Sequence record: SRR20825006_2064
Strand: one strand, 5' to 3'
DNA length: 20,000 nucleotides
The stretch's first letter is position 1. Every line of letters starts with the position of its first letter. A program made the position numbers and the translations under genes. Of this stretch, positions 1 through 7,873 are shown in pieces. Under the pieces are notes generated by a model. It saw only the letters and a list, made by a program, of their open reading frames with translations. It was not told the DNA's origin and searched no databases.

Positions 1-817
1 GTGAGGTGATGGCAAGTGCGTCTCTGGCGGATTGTTCAGATGCGTGGGCGAGGTCGATAATAATCTGCAACTCATCAAGGCGGCGGACAACCTGTTTGCC
101 AAAGTCTGTAAGCCCGGCCTTGCTGACACCGTGAAGTGAGCCGCCAAGCTCATTGTCAAAAAAGTGGGTCAGGCCAACCATGCGAAAACCTGCGGCATAC
201 ATTTTGTCTACATTAGCGATGTTACCCTCAAGCGGGTGTGCACCTTCGGTTCCCAAAAGGGCAGCGACAGGTTGCGGTACGGAACTTGTTTCGCGCGCCT
301 CGAGGAAGTCCTGAAGCTCTGACTGGGTGCGAACCCACATTAAACCACCCTCGGATTTCTTGATGAAACTATCCAGCTTTTCGGCCTGATAGAGCGCACG
401 TGCCAGAAGGCTGCTGTGTGTATCACTGGGCCAGCCCTGAAGGTATGAGACGAGCGTGATGTTGTCGCTGTTAGCCTCATTGGCGTGCACGTTCATGTTG
501 CGCGGTGTTTTTGTGACCGTGGTGAACATCTGCAGGGCCATGTTGCCGTCTCTTAGGCGCGGCAGGTCTACGTGCCCCCGGTCAGCGCGGTCAAGAAGGC
601 TGCGGTTCCAAAGCAGGGTATCGGCATGCCAGTCCATGATGCGGAGTGAGCCATGAAGTTCTGCTGCTTCGTCGCTAATGCTGAACGGGCGATTATCGAC
701 GATTTTGTTGAGCTGGCGCTCCAGGATGCCGGGCCCGAAGGTGCGGGCCGCAATATAAAGCACACCAGCAAGGATGGCAGTGCCCGCCAGAAACTTTAGC
801 AATCTGTTTTTCATCAT
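1..817 (-). CDS. Membrane dipeptidase, peptidase family M19 (renal dipeptidase-like), 3'-truncated by the window edge
   Basis: Translated by hand because it is absent from the ORF track (no stop in window). ATG at 817 is preceded by GGGGAGAAC. Sequence MMKNRLLKFLAGTAILAGVLYIAARTFGP (N-terminal TM/signal), then M19 motifs DWHADTLLW, HVDLPRLRDGN, LLGTEGAHPL and GFRMVGLTHFFDN. Confidence 0.92.
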   Translation of the reverse strand, partial: MMKNRLLKFLAGTAILAGVLYIAARTFGPGILERQLNKIVDNRPFSISDEAAELHGSLRIMDWHADTLLWNRSLLDRADRGHVDLPRLRDGNMALQMFTTVTKTPRNMNVHANEANSDNITLVSYLQGWPSDTHSSLLARALYQAEKLDSFIKKSEGGLMWVRTQSELQDFLEARETSSVPQPVAALLGTEGAHPLEGNIANVDKMYAAGFRMVGLTHFFDNELGGSLHGVSKAGLTDFGKQVVRRLDELQIIIDLAHASEQSARDALAITS

Positions 818-921
818 GTTCTCCCCGACCCCAAGTGAATTAGCCTTATGTGAAGTGGGCGTAAAATTGGATTTGTCCAGCCCTGTGCCGAGAAAGGTAC
901 TTTGTGGTCATGCCGCGCCAT

Positions 922-951
922 AAAAAAAGGGGCGCTGATCAAGGCGCCCCT
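922..951 (-). terminator. Rho-independent terminator of the blaI-M56 operon
   Basis: Minus strand reads AGGGGCGC-CTTGATCA-GCGCCCCT-TTTTTTA, about 24 nt after the M56 stop codon. Confidence 0.85.
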
Positions 952-974
952 CAAGAGAGTGTTTGGAAACTTGT

Positions 975-3797
975 CTAGATATTTGTGCCGTCCACTTTTG
1001 CGGGCTCAACCGTTGGGGCTGGTGCCGGTGTTGGGGCAGGACGCGGTGCTGAAGATGGGCCGCGCCTGCCACGCCGTGTATCGGGGTGATACTTGCCGGA
1101 CGCTAGTGCAGACACGCGCTCTCGTTCATATTTGGAATCAATGCCTTCAATGGCGCTGAAAAGGGCCTTATTGAGGTCTTTGTTGTCTTCCGGCATCAAG
1201 TAACGCAGGGCAAGCAGGGTTTCTGCCTTTTCATAGTCGCTATCGATTGCGGCGGTGGCATCAATAATTTCGCGCCAGGACTTGCTGCTCATTTTGCCGT
1301 AGGACGCGATCATCAGGATGGCCTGACGCCGCTCATAGTCGCTGTCGATCTGGTGCAGCGTTTCAACCAGCGTTTCCGTCGCGTCTTCAGATTCCTTGAT
1401 CTGCTCAACAAAGCTTCCGATGAACAAACGGAGTTCATAGTCGCTCTCAATGCGCTCCTTTGCGATTTTAGCCAGGCTCTTAATGTTCTTTTTGCTCAGC
1501 TTTTTCTCATGAATGATGGAGCTGAGAAGCAGTCGTTGCTCGTAGTCGCTCTCGATCCGCTCGGCGACCTCAAGCAGATCTTCCATCATGTCGCTATCGA
1601 GCTCGGAGCCCACCACGAAGGGAGTGAGCAGCAGGCGGATCTCATAGTCGCTTTCCATATTTTTCGCGAGGTCGATCAACACGCCCATGGTCTTCTTATT
1701 AACACCGAATTTTTCAAAATAAGGCGTCAGAAGAAGCCGAAGCTCATAATCGCTTTCGATTGACTTCGCGGCCTCAAGCACCACTGGCATAACCTTGGGT
1801 GAAAGGTTCTGTTCCATCATCATGGTGGTGAGGGCAAGCCGGGTCTCATAGTCGCTTTCCATCTGCGCGAGCCGCTCAACAAGCTTGAGCTGTTCTTTGT
1901 CGCTCAGTTTGGCTTCATGCATCAGGTGTGTTGCATAGATGCGGGTGACATAGTCGCTTTCAAGCTCGTCAATTTCTTTGATGACACCTTTGACACCATC
2001 CGCCTTGAGGATGCGTTTCACGCGCTGTGGTGCATTCAGGCCGGTTTCGCGAATAAGGGTGAGCAGGGTTTCTGCCACCCATTCCTGACCCTCGGTATCG
2101 AGCGCGGTTTTGTCACCGTCTACCCAGTAGGTGGTCTCGATTTTGCCGTCTTCACTCTCAAAACGAACACGGCGACGTGGTCCCTTGCCTTTGGTTTCAA
2201 GTTCGAGCTCACCACCGTCATCAACTTCGGCGACATAACGTTCGTCAGCGGTCAGTTCAAAGTTGCCATCCCATTCTGCTTTGATCGTATGGCCATTTTC
2301 TGTCCAGACCATGTTGCCGGTCATGTGCCCATCATCACGGGATGAGATGCTCACGCTGCGGCTATCGCCCTTGCGGTGCCCGCGCTTTTTGCCGTCATCG
2401 CTCACGAAGGTAAAGTTATCGCCGTCTAACTCGAGCGTGCCTTGAACGTTGGAAAGGCCCATTTCACGCATTGCGATATTGGTCTTGAATGGAGCCTCAG
2501 GCTCGTTCATGTCCATTGCCCAGTCGTCGGAAAGACTTGTCTCCGGGTTCAGGGCTTCGGCAAACTCGATGCTTGGCAAGCCAAGGGCGAGTACCACCAT
2601 CCCGGCGGTCAGGCCGGATTTGGCGAAGACGCCCGCGTTTTTAAAGGGCAGGCGTTCAGCACCAATCAGGCGCTCCACCCGCGTTTTCAGCATGGATTTA
2701 TTTCCTGCCATTGCTAATCCCCATTGTATCTGTCGGTTTTCTTGTATTTTTGTCGCGCAGGTAAAGAGAGCTGTGGCAACGGCTCTTGCGTCCGCTAGCT
2801 GCCGGGCAGCCCATTCGTCCGCGGCCAGTTCCGCGATATCTGTCAGCCGCCGGCGCGCAAGCATGAACATCGGCTGAAAGAAAAAGAGACGAGAAAGAAG
2901 TTGAAGCGCCATCAGCATGATCGGGTCGCGGCGCAACATGTGGCCAACCTCGTGTGCGAGAAGGCTTTTAAGTTCTTCGTGTGGTAGGTCGTCAAACGCC
3001 CAGTTTGGCAGGCATATCTCGCGCCGGGGCAGGCATATCGGACTTTTGATGTCTGATGATCGGCTGAGGTATGGCACATGCCGGATATCAACTTCTGCGC
3101 AGATTTCGCGCAGTGTTTGGTTGGCCTTATGTTCGGCCGGCACACGTGTGCGGCTGCCAAGGTCTTTTACGGCCAACCGGTATGCGAGCCCGAGCATGGC
3201 AATCGCGGCGAAAGCGATGAAACCCCATGCCAATGTGGCCAGTTGTTTGGTGCTTAGGTCCGCAACAGCATCAATCCAGCTTGTTGTATAGTAGTTCTCG
3301 CTGTCGCCCTCGGGGCTGTCGGTCTCGGGCATGGATATCTCGTGACCGGTGGCCGTTTCGGCCATGGTTTTAGTGCTGCTTGATGCTGTTGCGGACCTGA
3401 AGGTGCGACCATCTGATCCTCGAAGTTCAAGGGCTGGCGCTGAGGTGTCATCTACCTTGATGGCCTGCATTGGAATATCATTGTCGGGCACAAAGGCTTT
3501 GCCCGCTTCCCGCTTTGGTGCAAGGCCCTTCAATGGGCGGCCATCGTCAAAGCTTTGCACAATTTCTGCTGCGCGCGTGTGTTCAATTGTGATGGGGCCG
3601 GAGAGCCAGTCTCCGATCGGCAACAGGGCCGCGAACGAACCCGCGATAGCAAGCTTCCAGGCCAGTTCCGCCAGATCAGGTGTATTGATCAGCCGAATTT
3701 TCTCAAACACCCAGACAGCGCCCATCATAACGGTGCTGGCGACCATGAATTTCGCGAAGAGAGAGAGGAATGGCAGGTCTGAAATGAGATCAAACAT
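975..3797 (-). CDS. BlaR1/MecR1-type M56 metallopeptidase signal transducer with a non-PBP C-terminal repeat domain
   Basis: N-terminal TM helices, SPICL, zincin motif LAHEVGHMLRRD (nt ~2940-2954), FFFQP, ELAADEWA, LKTRVERL, then a further TM. Its start overlaps the stop of the blaI-family gene (TGATG). Confidence 0.93.
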   Translation of the reverse strand: MFDLISDLPFLSLFAKFMVASTVMMGAVWVFEKIRLINTPDLAELAWKLAIAGSFAALLPIGDWLSGPITIEHTRAAEIVQSFDDGRPLKGLAPKREAGKAFVPDNDIPMQAIKVDDTSAPALELRGSDGRTFRSATASSSTKTMAETATGHEISMPETDSPEGDSENYYTTSWIDAVADLSTKQLATLAWGFIAFAAIAMLGLAYRLAVKDLGSRTRVPAEHKANQTLREICAEVDIRHVPYLSRSSDIKSPICLPRREICLPNWAFDDLPHEELKSLLAHEVGHMLRRDPIMLMALQLLSRLFFFQPMFMLARRRLTDIAELAADEWAARQLADARAVATALFTCATKIQENRQIQWGLAMAGNKSMLKTRVERLIGAERLPFKNAGVFAKSGLTAGMVVLALGLPSIEFAEALNPETSLSDDWAMDMNEPEAPFKTNIAMREMGLSNVQGTLELDGDNFTFVSDDGKKRGHRKGDSRSVSISSRDDGHMTGNMVWTENGHTIKAEWDGNFELTADERYVAEVDDGGELELETKGKGPRRRVRFESEDGKIETTYWVDGDKTALDTEGQEWVAETLLTLIRETGLNAPQRVKRILKADGVKGVIKEIDELESDYVTRIYATHLMHEAKLSDKEQLKLVERLAQMESDYETRLALTTMMMEQNLSPKVMPVVLEAAKSIESDYELRLLLTPYFEKFGVNKKTMGVLIDLAKNMESDYEIRLLLTPFVVGSELDSDMMEDLLEVAERIESDYEQRLLLSSIIHEKKLSKKNIKSLAKIAKERIESDYELRLFIGSFVEQIKESEDATETLVETLHQIDSDYERRQAILMIASYGKMSSKSWREIIDATAAIDSDYEKAETLLALRYLMPEDNKDLNKALFSAIEGIDSKYERERVSALASGKYHPDTRRGRRGPSSAPRPAPTPAPAPTVEPAKVDGTNI
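1100..1975 (-). repeat. Nine in-frame tandem ~34-aa helical repeats with consensus [IM][ED]SDYExR.LL inside the M56 CDS
   Basis: The plus-strand motif CATAGTCGCT or a variant occurs at 1232, 1334, 1436, 1541, 1643, 1745, 1847 and 1949, with a diverged copy (SKYE) at 1127. Spacing is 102 nt, twice 105 nt. Confidence 0.92.
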
Positions 3798-4168
3798 CAG
3801 TTTTGCTCCTTCTCGAGAAGCGCTTCAACATCCTTGAGGTCGCCTTGATCAAAATCACCTTCCCGTACCAGATGTGCGAGCAGGGCTTTGCTGTCTCCCT
3901 TGAAAAGGGTGGAGACAAGGGATGATACCATCGAGCGTTTTACGTCACGTTCGTCAATTTCGGCCTTGTAGATGCGCTCACGTCCGCGGGTTTCCGATGA
4001 CAGCACACCTTTTTTCTCAAGCCGGGACAACACTGTGCCAACGGTCGTATGAGCCAGGGAAAGCGCTTCCAGTGCGTGCTGCACATCTTTTGCGGAGCCT
4101 TCGCCAAGTTGCCACAGAACCTGGACGATTTGATATTGCTGATCGCTGAGTTTGATATTGCCTGCCAT
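3797..4168 (-). CDS. BlaI/MecI/CopY family transcriptional repressor
   Basis: 123 aa winged helix: LSDQQYQIVQVLW, LAHTTVGTVLSRLEKKG, GRERIY, LFKGDSKALLAHLV. Translationally coupled to the M56 gene. Confidence 0.95.
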   Translation of the reverse strand: MAGNIKLSDQQYQIVQVLWQLGEGSAKDVQHALEALSLAHTTVGTVLSRLEKKGVLSSETRGRERIYKAEIDERDVKRSMVSSLVSTLFKGDSKALLAHLVREGDFDQGDLKDVEALLEKEQN

Positions 4169-4184
4169 CGATTTAAGCCTTTTC

Positions 4185-4200
4185 TACTACATGTGTAGAA
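4185..4200. promoter_or_regulatory. BlaI-type operator 1 (TACA-TG-TGTA)
   Basis: TACTACATGTGTAGAA contains the BlaI/MecI/CopY core TACA-N2-TGTA, 17-32 nt upstream of the blaI ATG. Confidence 0.88.
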
Positions 4201-4202
4201 GT

Positions 4203-4231
4203 GATTTACTACAGCTGTAGTAGGGCGTCAA
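4203..4231 (-). promoter_or_regulatory. Putative sigma70 promoter of the blaI-M56 operon
   Basis: Minus strand TTGACG-N17-TAAATC. Operator 2 occupies the spacer. Confidence 0.55.
4207..4222. promoter_or_regulatory. BlaI-type operator 2 (perfect 16-bp palindrome)
   Basis: TACTACAGCTGTAGTA. Its centre lies 22 bp from the centre of operator 1. Confidence 0.9.
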
Positions 4232-4365
4232 ATATTTTTTGAGTTCTGGCTGCATTCTGCGACGAGCTGTGCTGTCCATGAGTTAGTGTGCAGGTTCGGT
4301 TTGCAAAACGAGATATTTTCAATAAGGTGTTGCGCGACCGAGTGGGAAACGAGCGGGGGAGCTTC

Positions 4366-5574
4366 GTGACTCTAGATGTGCCGACTTTAATTGCCGCAAC
4401 AACCTTGATGTTTGTGCTGGCATCGTTTGCCTTGACTGCGCACTGGCTTGCCAATTTGGGCACCCCTGGCCTGCGTTCTGCGGCGGCGGGTGTGGCGGCG
4501 GCAACGGTGGGCAGCTATCTGCTAATACCGGGTGAAAACGCCCCTACCGCCATCACTATTGTTGCGGGGGAACTGCTGATTCTGATCGGCCATACTTGGG
4601 TGTGGCTCGGGATAGCGGCTTTCTGGAACTCGCGCTCCAGAGTCATCGCCTATGCGGCGGCGGCGATTATGGTGCTGGCTGCTGTAACGCTTGGCTCTCA
4701 TGCAGTTGAAGGCGGTAGTGCAGCCGCTCGTGGCTCTATGCTTTCCGTCTACATCACGGTCTTCTCCTTCTGTACGGTAGCAACTCTGATCCGCGCGCTT
4801 GGTGGCCGGCGTGCTTTCTATAAGGGCATTATCAAGCGGACGTCGGTGGGTGCTGCGATTGCGGCGGCGGTTTTTGCAGCCCACGGGCTCTTTCACCTTT
4901 ATCGCTCCTACGAATGGCGGCAGTTCCGACCGGATGTGAACTATTTTGAAGGGTTGCCAATTTCGGTCTGGACGCAGGTTGAGGCGATGATCTTTGTGCT
5001 TCTTCTGGCGCTTGTTGTCATCATCATGACGGCGGAGCGACTTCAGAACGAGTTGAAGATACAGGCGATGATGGACCCGCTTACCCAGGCGCTCAGCCGC
5101 CGTGCATTCATGACCGTGATCAAGACCGTTGTGGCGCGCTCGCGCCGGTTATCTGAGCCGGTATCGCTCATCATGATTGATATTGACCGCTTCAAGCGTA
5201 TCAACCTGCGCCATGGACATATGGTTGGCGATACGGTCCTTAGTCAATTCGGCGAGCGGGTGATGGAAGGCAGGCGGGCGCAAGATGTTTTCTGCCGCTT
5301 TGGTGGTGAAGAATTTGTACTTTTGTTACCCGGCACGGCTGAAGACGGCGCACAACTGGTGGCAGAGCGTGTGCGGCAGTCAATTACCGGTACGCCGTTT
5401 ATCTGCGGGGAGAAGCAAGCCTCCCTTACGCTCAGTATTGGTGTGATGACAGCAAGAGGGGACGACCTCTTGTCTGATGGTATGCTTGATTCTGCCTATA
5501 AAGCACTGAAACAGGCGCAGAAAAAGGGCACAAACTTTATCGTCTCAATAGGGGCTGCACCGCCCGCCGCATAA
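4366..5574 (+). CDS. Membrane-anchored GGDEF-domain protein (diguanylate cyclase family)
   Basis: About 7 N-terminal TM segments, then DPLTQALSRR, IDIDRFKRIN..HGHMVGD, RAQD I-site and RFGGEEF. GTG at 4366 (MTLDVPTL, GGGGGAG RBS) is preferred over the ORF-track start at 4288. Confidence 0.9.
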   Translation: MTLDVPTLIAATTLMFVLASFALTAHWLANLGTPGLRSAAAGVAAATVGSYLLIPGENAPTAITIVAGELLILIGHTWVWLGIAAFWNSRSRVIAYAAAAIMVLAAVTLGSHAVEGGSAAARGSMLSVYITVFSFCTVATLIRALGGRRAFYKGIIKRTSVGAAIAAAVFAAHGLFHLYRSYEWRQFRPDVNYFEGLPISVWTQVEAMIFVLLLALVVIIMTAERLQNELKIQAMMDPLTQALSRRAFMTVIKTVVARSRRLSEPVSLIMIDIDRFKRINLRHGHMVGDTVLSQFGERVMEGRRAQDVFCRFGGEEFVLLLPGTAEDGAQLVAERVRQSITGTPFICGEKQASLTLSIGVMTARGDDLLSDGMLDSAYKALKQAQKKGTNFIVSIGAAPPAA

Positions 5575-5681
5575 GTATCCTATCTATTATGAAATTATCA
5601 AATTTGTTCCGCAGTGTGCAGAGGGCGATGGGAGATGCGCGCGTACAAGGGGTATAGCGCAACCCTTCTGCAAGCGAGACG

Positions 5682-7166
5682 ATGATGAGACACCAAAACG
5701 GACGGAAAATTATAAAATTAGCCCTGGCGGCCGCTGTTTTTGGTGCAGGAATTTGGTACTTTACAGGCATTGAAAGCAGTAGCGAAGCTGCCATCGGGCA
5801 GTATGTTACCAAGCCCGCCGTAGTGGGCACAATCCAGCGCAGTGTGTCCGCTAGTGGCTCTGTCAGGCCCCTGATAACCGTTGATATCGGTTCACAGCTT
5901 TCCGGGCAGGTTGCGGAAATGCTTGCTGACTATAATGATGAAGTGGCCGAAGGCCAGCTCCTGGCTCGCATTGACCCCCAAACATTTGCGACAAGGGTAA
6001 AACAGGCAGAGGCTGAACTGGCGGTATCGCGTGCTCAAGTAACAGTACAACAAGCCTCGATCACACGGGCCAAGGCTCAGCTTCGCGAAGCGGAACGTAC
6101 CCTCGCACGGCAAAAGGATCTTGAGAAGCGTGGCAATGTCTCGATCAGCGCCCTTGAGGCGTCTGAGACAGCCTACACAACAACACAGGCAGATCTGGTC
6201 AGTGCGGAAGCACAGCTTGAAAATGCAAATGCTACCGTGGTTCAGCGCGAAGCTGCCCTTGACCAAGCACGTATCGATCTGGCGCGCACGGAAATCCGTT
6301 CCCCCATCAAAGGCACGGTGATCGCCCGTAGCGTGGATGTAGGGCAGACGGTGGCGGCAAGCCTTCAGGCCCCTGTGTTGTTTCAACTGGCGCAAGACCT
6401 TTCCGAAATTCAGGTGGAGGCCAGTGTGGACGAAGCAGATATCGGCACTGTGCGATCCGGGAACCGGGTGGTTTTTGGTGTGGATGCGTTTCCCGACCGC
6501 AGTTTTGACGGTGTGGTAAAACAGGTTCGCCTTGCTCCATTGGAGGAGGCCAATGTGGTGACCTATACCGTAGTTATTTCAGCCAGTAATACAGACCGCG
6601 CGTTGCTGCCAGGTATGACAGCGAATGTGGAGATATTTACAGGTGAAAAGGACAATGTACTGCGGGTCGCGAATGAGGCGTTGCGGTATCGCCCCAGCAA
6701 TCCGCCTGCTGACGTGGCCGAGGCGAGCTCAAGCCGAGGTGGTGGGCAGTTTATTGACCGATTTAGAGCCGAACTGGATCTGAGTGATGCGCAGGCCGAT
6801 GCGCTACGCACAGAGTTTGCAAAACTGCGGGCGCAAAGTGGCGCTGGTCGCAGCGGGGGTATGGGGATGGCGTCGACGGCGGGCAACGGCACAAACGATC
6901 GTCAGCAAGCACGGCAGCGCATGGAAGCCATGCTGGACAAGACTCTGAAAAATATCCTCAATGATGAGCAGTGGCGGCGTTATGAAGAAGGGAAGGCTGC
7001 CCGCTTCGATGTTCGCCGTGCACAGCTATGGGTGCTGGGACATGATGGAAAGCTCAAGCAGACGTCTGTATTGTTGGGATTGTCTGACGATGCAAATACC
7101 GAAATTATCCGTGGTCTGGAGGACGGCGCGCAGGTCGTGGTTCGGGAAGAAAGGCCAAGAGGATGA
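5682..7166 (+). CDS. MacA-like periplasmic adaptor (membrane fusion protein) of an ABC exporter
   Basis: N-terminal TM, VDIGSQLSGQV, coiled-coil hairpin, EIRSPIKGTVI, GQTVAASLQAPVLF, VDEADIG, LLPGMTANV, GLSDD. Confidence 0.92.
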   Translation: MMRHQNGRKIIKLALAAAVFGAGIWYFTGIESSSEAAIGQYVTKPAVVGTIQRSVSASGSVRPLITVDIGSQLSGQVAEMLADYNDEVAEGQLLARIDPQTFATRVKQAEAELAVSRAQVTVQQASITRAKAQLREAERTLARQKDLEKRGNVSISALEASETAYTTTQADLVSAEAQLENANATVVQREAALDQARIDLARTEIRSPIKGTVIARSVDVGQTVAASLQAPVLFQLAQDLSEIQVEASVDEADIGTVRSGNRVVFGVDAFPDRSFDGVVKQVRLAPLEEANVVTYTVVISASNTDRALLPGMTANVEIFTGEKDNVLRVANEALRYRPSNPPADVAEASSSRGGGQFIDRFRAELDLSDAQADALRTEFAKLRAQSGAGRSGGMGMASTAGNGTNDRQQARQRMEAMLDKTLKNILNDEQWRRYEEGKAARFDVRRAQLWVLGHDGKLKQTSVLLGLSDDANTEIIRGLEDGAQVVVREERPRG

Positions 7167-7873
7167 CGAATATTACGCCCGTCATTGAAGCCAAAGAACT
7201 TTACCGTCATTACCATCAGGGTAGCCAGGTGGTGAAAGCATTGGACGGCGTGGATGTGACCATTATGCCCGGTGAATTTGTGGCGGTGATGGGGCCGTCG
7301 GGCTCCGGCAAGTCGACTTTCATGAATATTTGCGGCGCACTCGACCAGCCAACCTCGGGTATGGTGAAAGTGGCAGGGAGGGATTTGTCTGCCCTGTCAC
7401 GCGATGAGTTGGCAAACCTTAGAAATGAAGTCATCGGTTTTGTATTCCAGCAGTTCAACCTGCTTCCGCGTACGAGCGCGCTTCAGAACACCATGCTGCC
7501 ACTTCGTTATGCAGGTATCCGTGGTCAGGAGGCGATTGATCGCTGTCGGCAGGCGCTTGAACGGGTGGACCTAGGCTCGCGCATGGACCATCACCCCAAT
7601 GAGCTTTCTGGTGGACAACAACAACGTGTGGCGATTGCCCGCGCACTGGTGACAAAACCTGCGCTGATTTTTGCCGATGAACCTACAGGTGCGCTTGATA
7701 GCGCGACATCTGTTGAAGTTTTGAAGCTTTTTCAACAGCTGAATGCAAACGGAATGACCATCGTGATGGTAACTCATGACGCCGATGTAGCCGCTTATGC
7801 CGGCCGCTGCCTGTATTTTAAGGATGGCCATATCGTACGGGATACGCTTGAGGAAGAGAGGGTGGCATCATGA
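7163..7873 (+). CDS. MacB/LolD-type ABC transporter ATP-binding protein
   Basis: Walker [44 protein letters not shown] and VTHD. ATGA overlap with the upstream gene. Confidence 0.96.
   Translation: MTNITPVIEAKELYRHYHQGSQVVKALDGVDVTIMPGEFVAVMGPSGSGKSTFMNICGALDQPTSGMVKVAGRDLSALSRDELANLRNEVIGFVFQQFNLLPRTSALQNTMLPLRYAGIRGQEAIDRCRQALERVDLGSRMDHHPNELSGGQQQRVAIARALVTKPALIFADEPTGALDSATSVEVLKLFQQLNANGMTIVMVTHDADVAAYAGRCLYFKDGHIVRDTLEEERVAS

Noticed and set aside
456-771. Short ORFs 456-656 plus and 568-771 minus
   Set aside because: Both lie inside the M19 dipeptidase gene, on the opposite strand or in another frame.
1127-1960. Regularly spaced DNA motif CATAGTCGCT resembling a CRISPR or other non-coding array
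   Set aside because: The conserved part is only ~10-12 nt, the spacing is always a multiple of 3, several variants are synonymous codons for SDYE, it lies within an intact CDS, and there are no cas genes.
1100-1975. 34-aa period suggesting TALE-like DNA-binding repeats
   Set aside because: There is no LTPxQVVAIAS/GGKQAL signature, the units are highly diverged and acidic, and they follow a TM helix on the predicted periplasmic side.
975-4168. Calling the locus a beta-lactam resistance blaR1-blaI-blaZ cassette
   Set aside because: No penicillin-binding domain is recognisable in the sensor and there is no beta-lactamase or PBP gene in the window.
4245-4262. CTGGCTGCATTCTGC as a sigma54 promoter for the GGDEF gene
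   Set aside because: The GG-to-GC spacing is 9 nt rather than the required 10.
5587-5604. TTATGAAA-TTATCAAA tandem upstream of the macA-like gene as a response-regulator box
   Set aside because: The 8-bp period does not fit the usual 10-11 bp OmpR-type spacing and could be chance in AT-rich promoter DNA.
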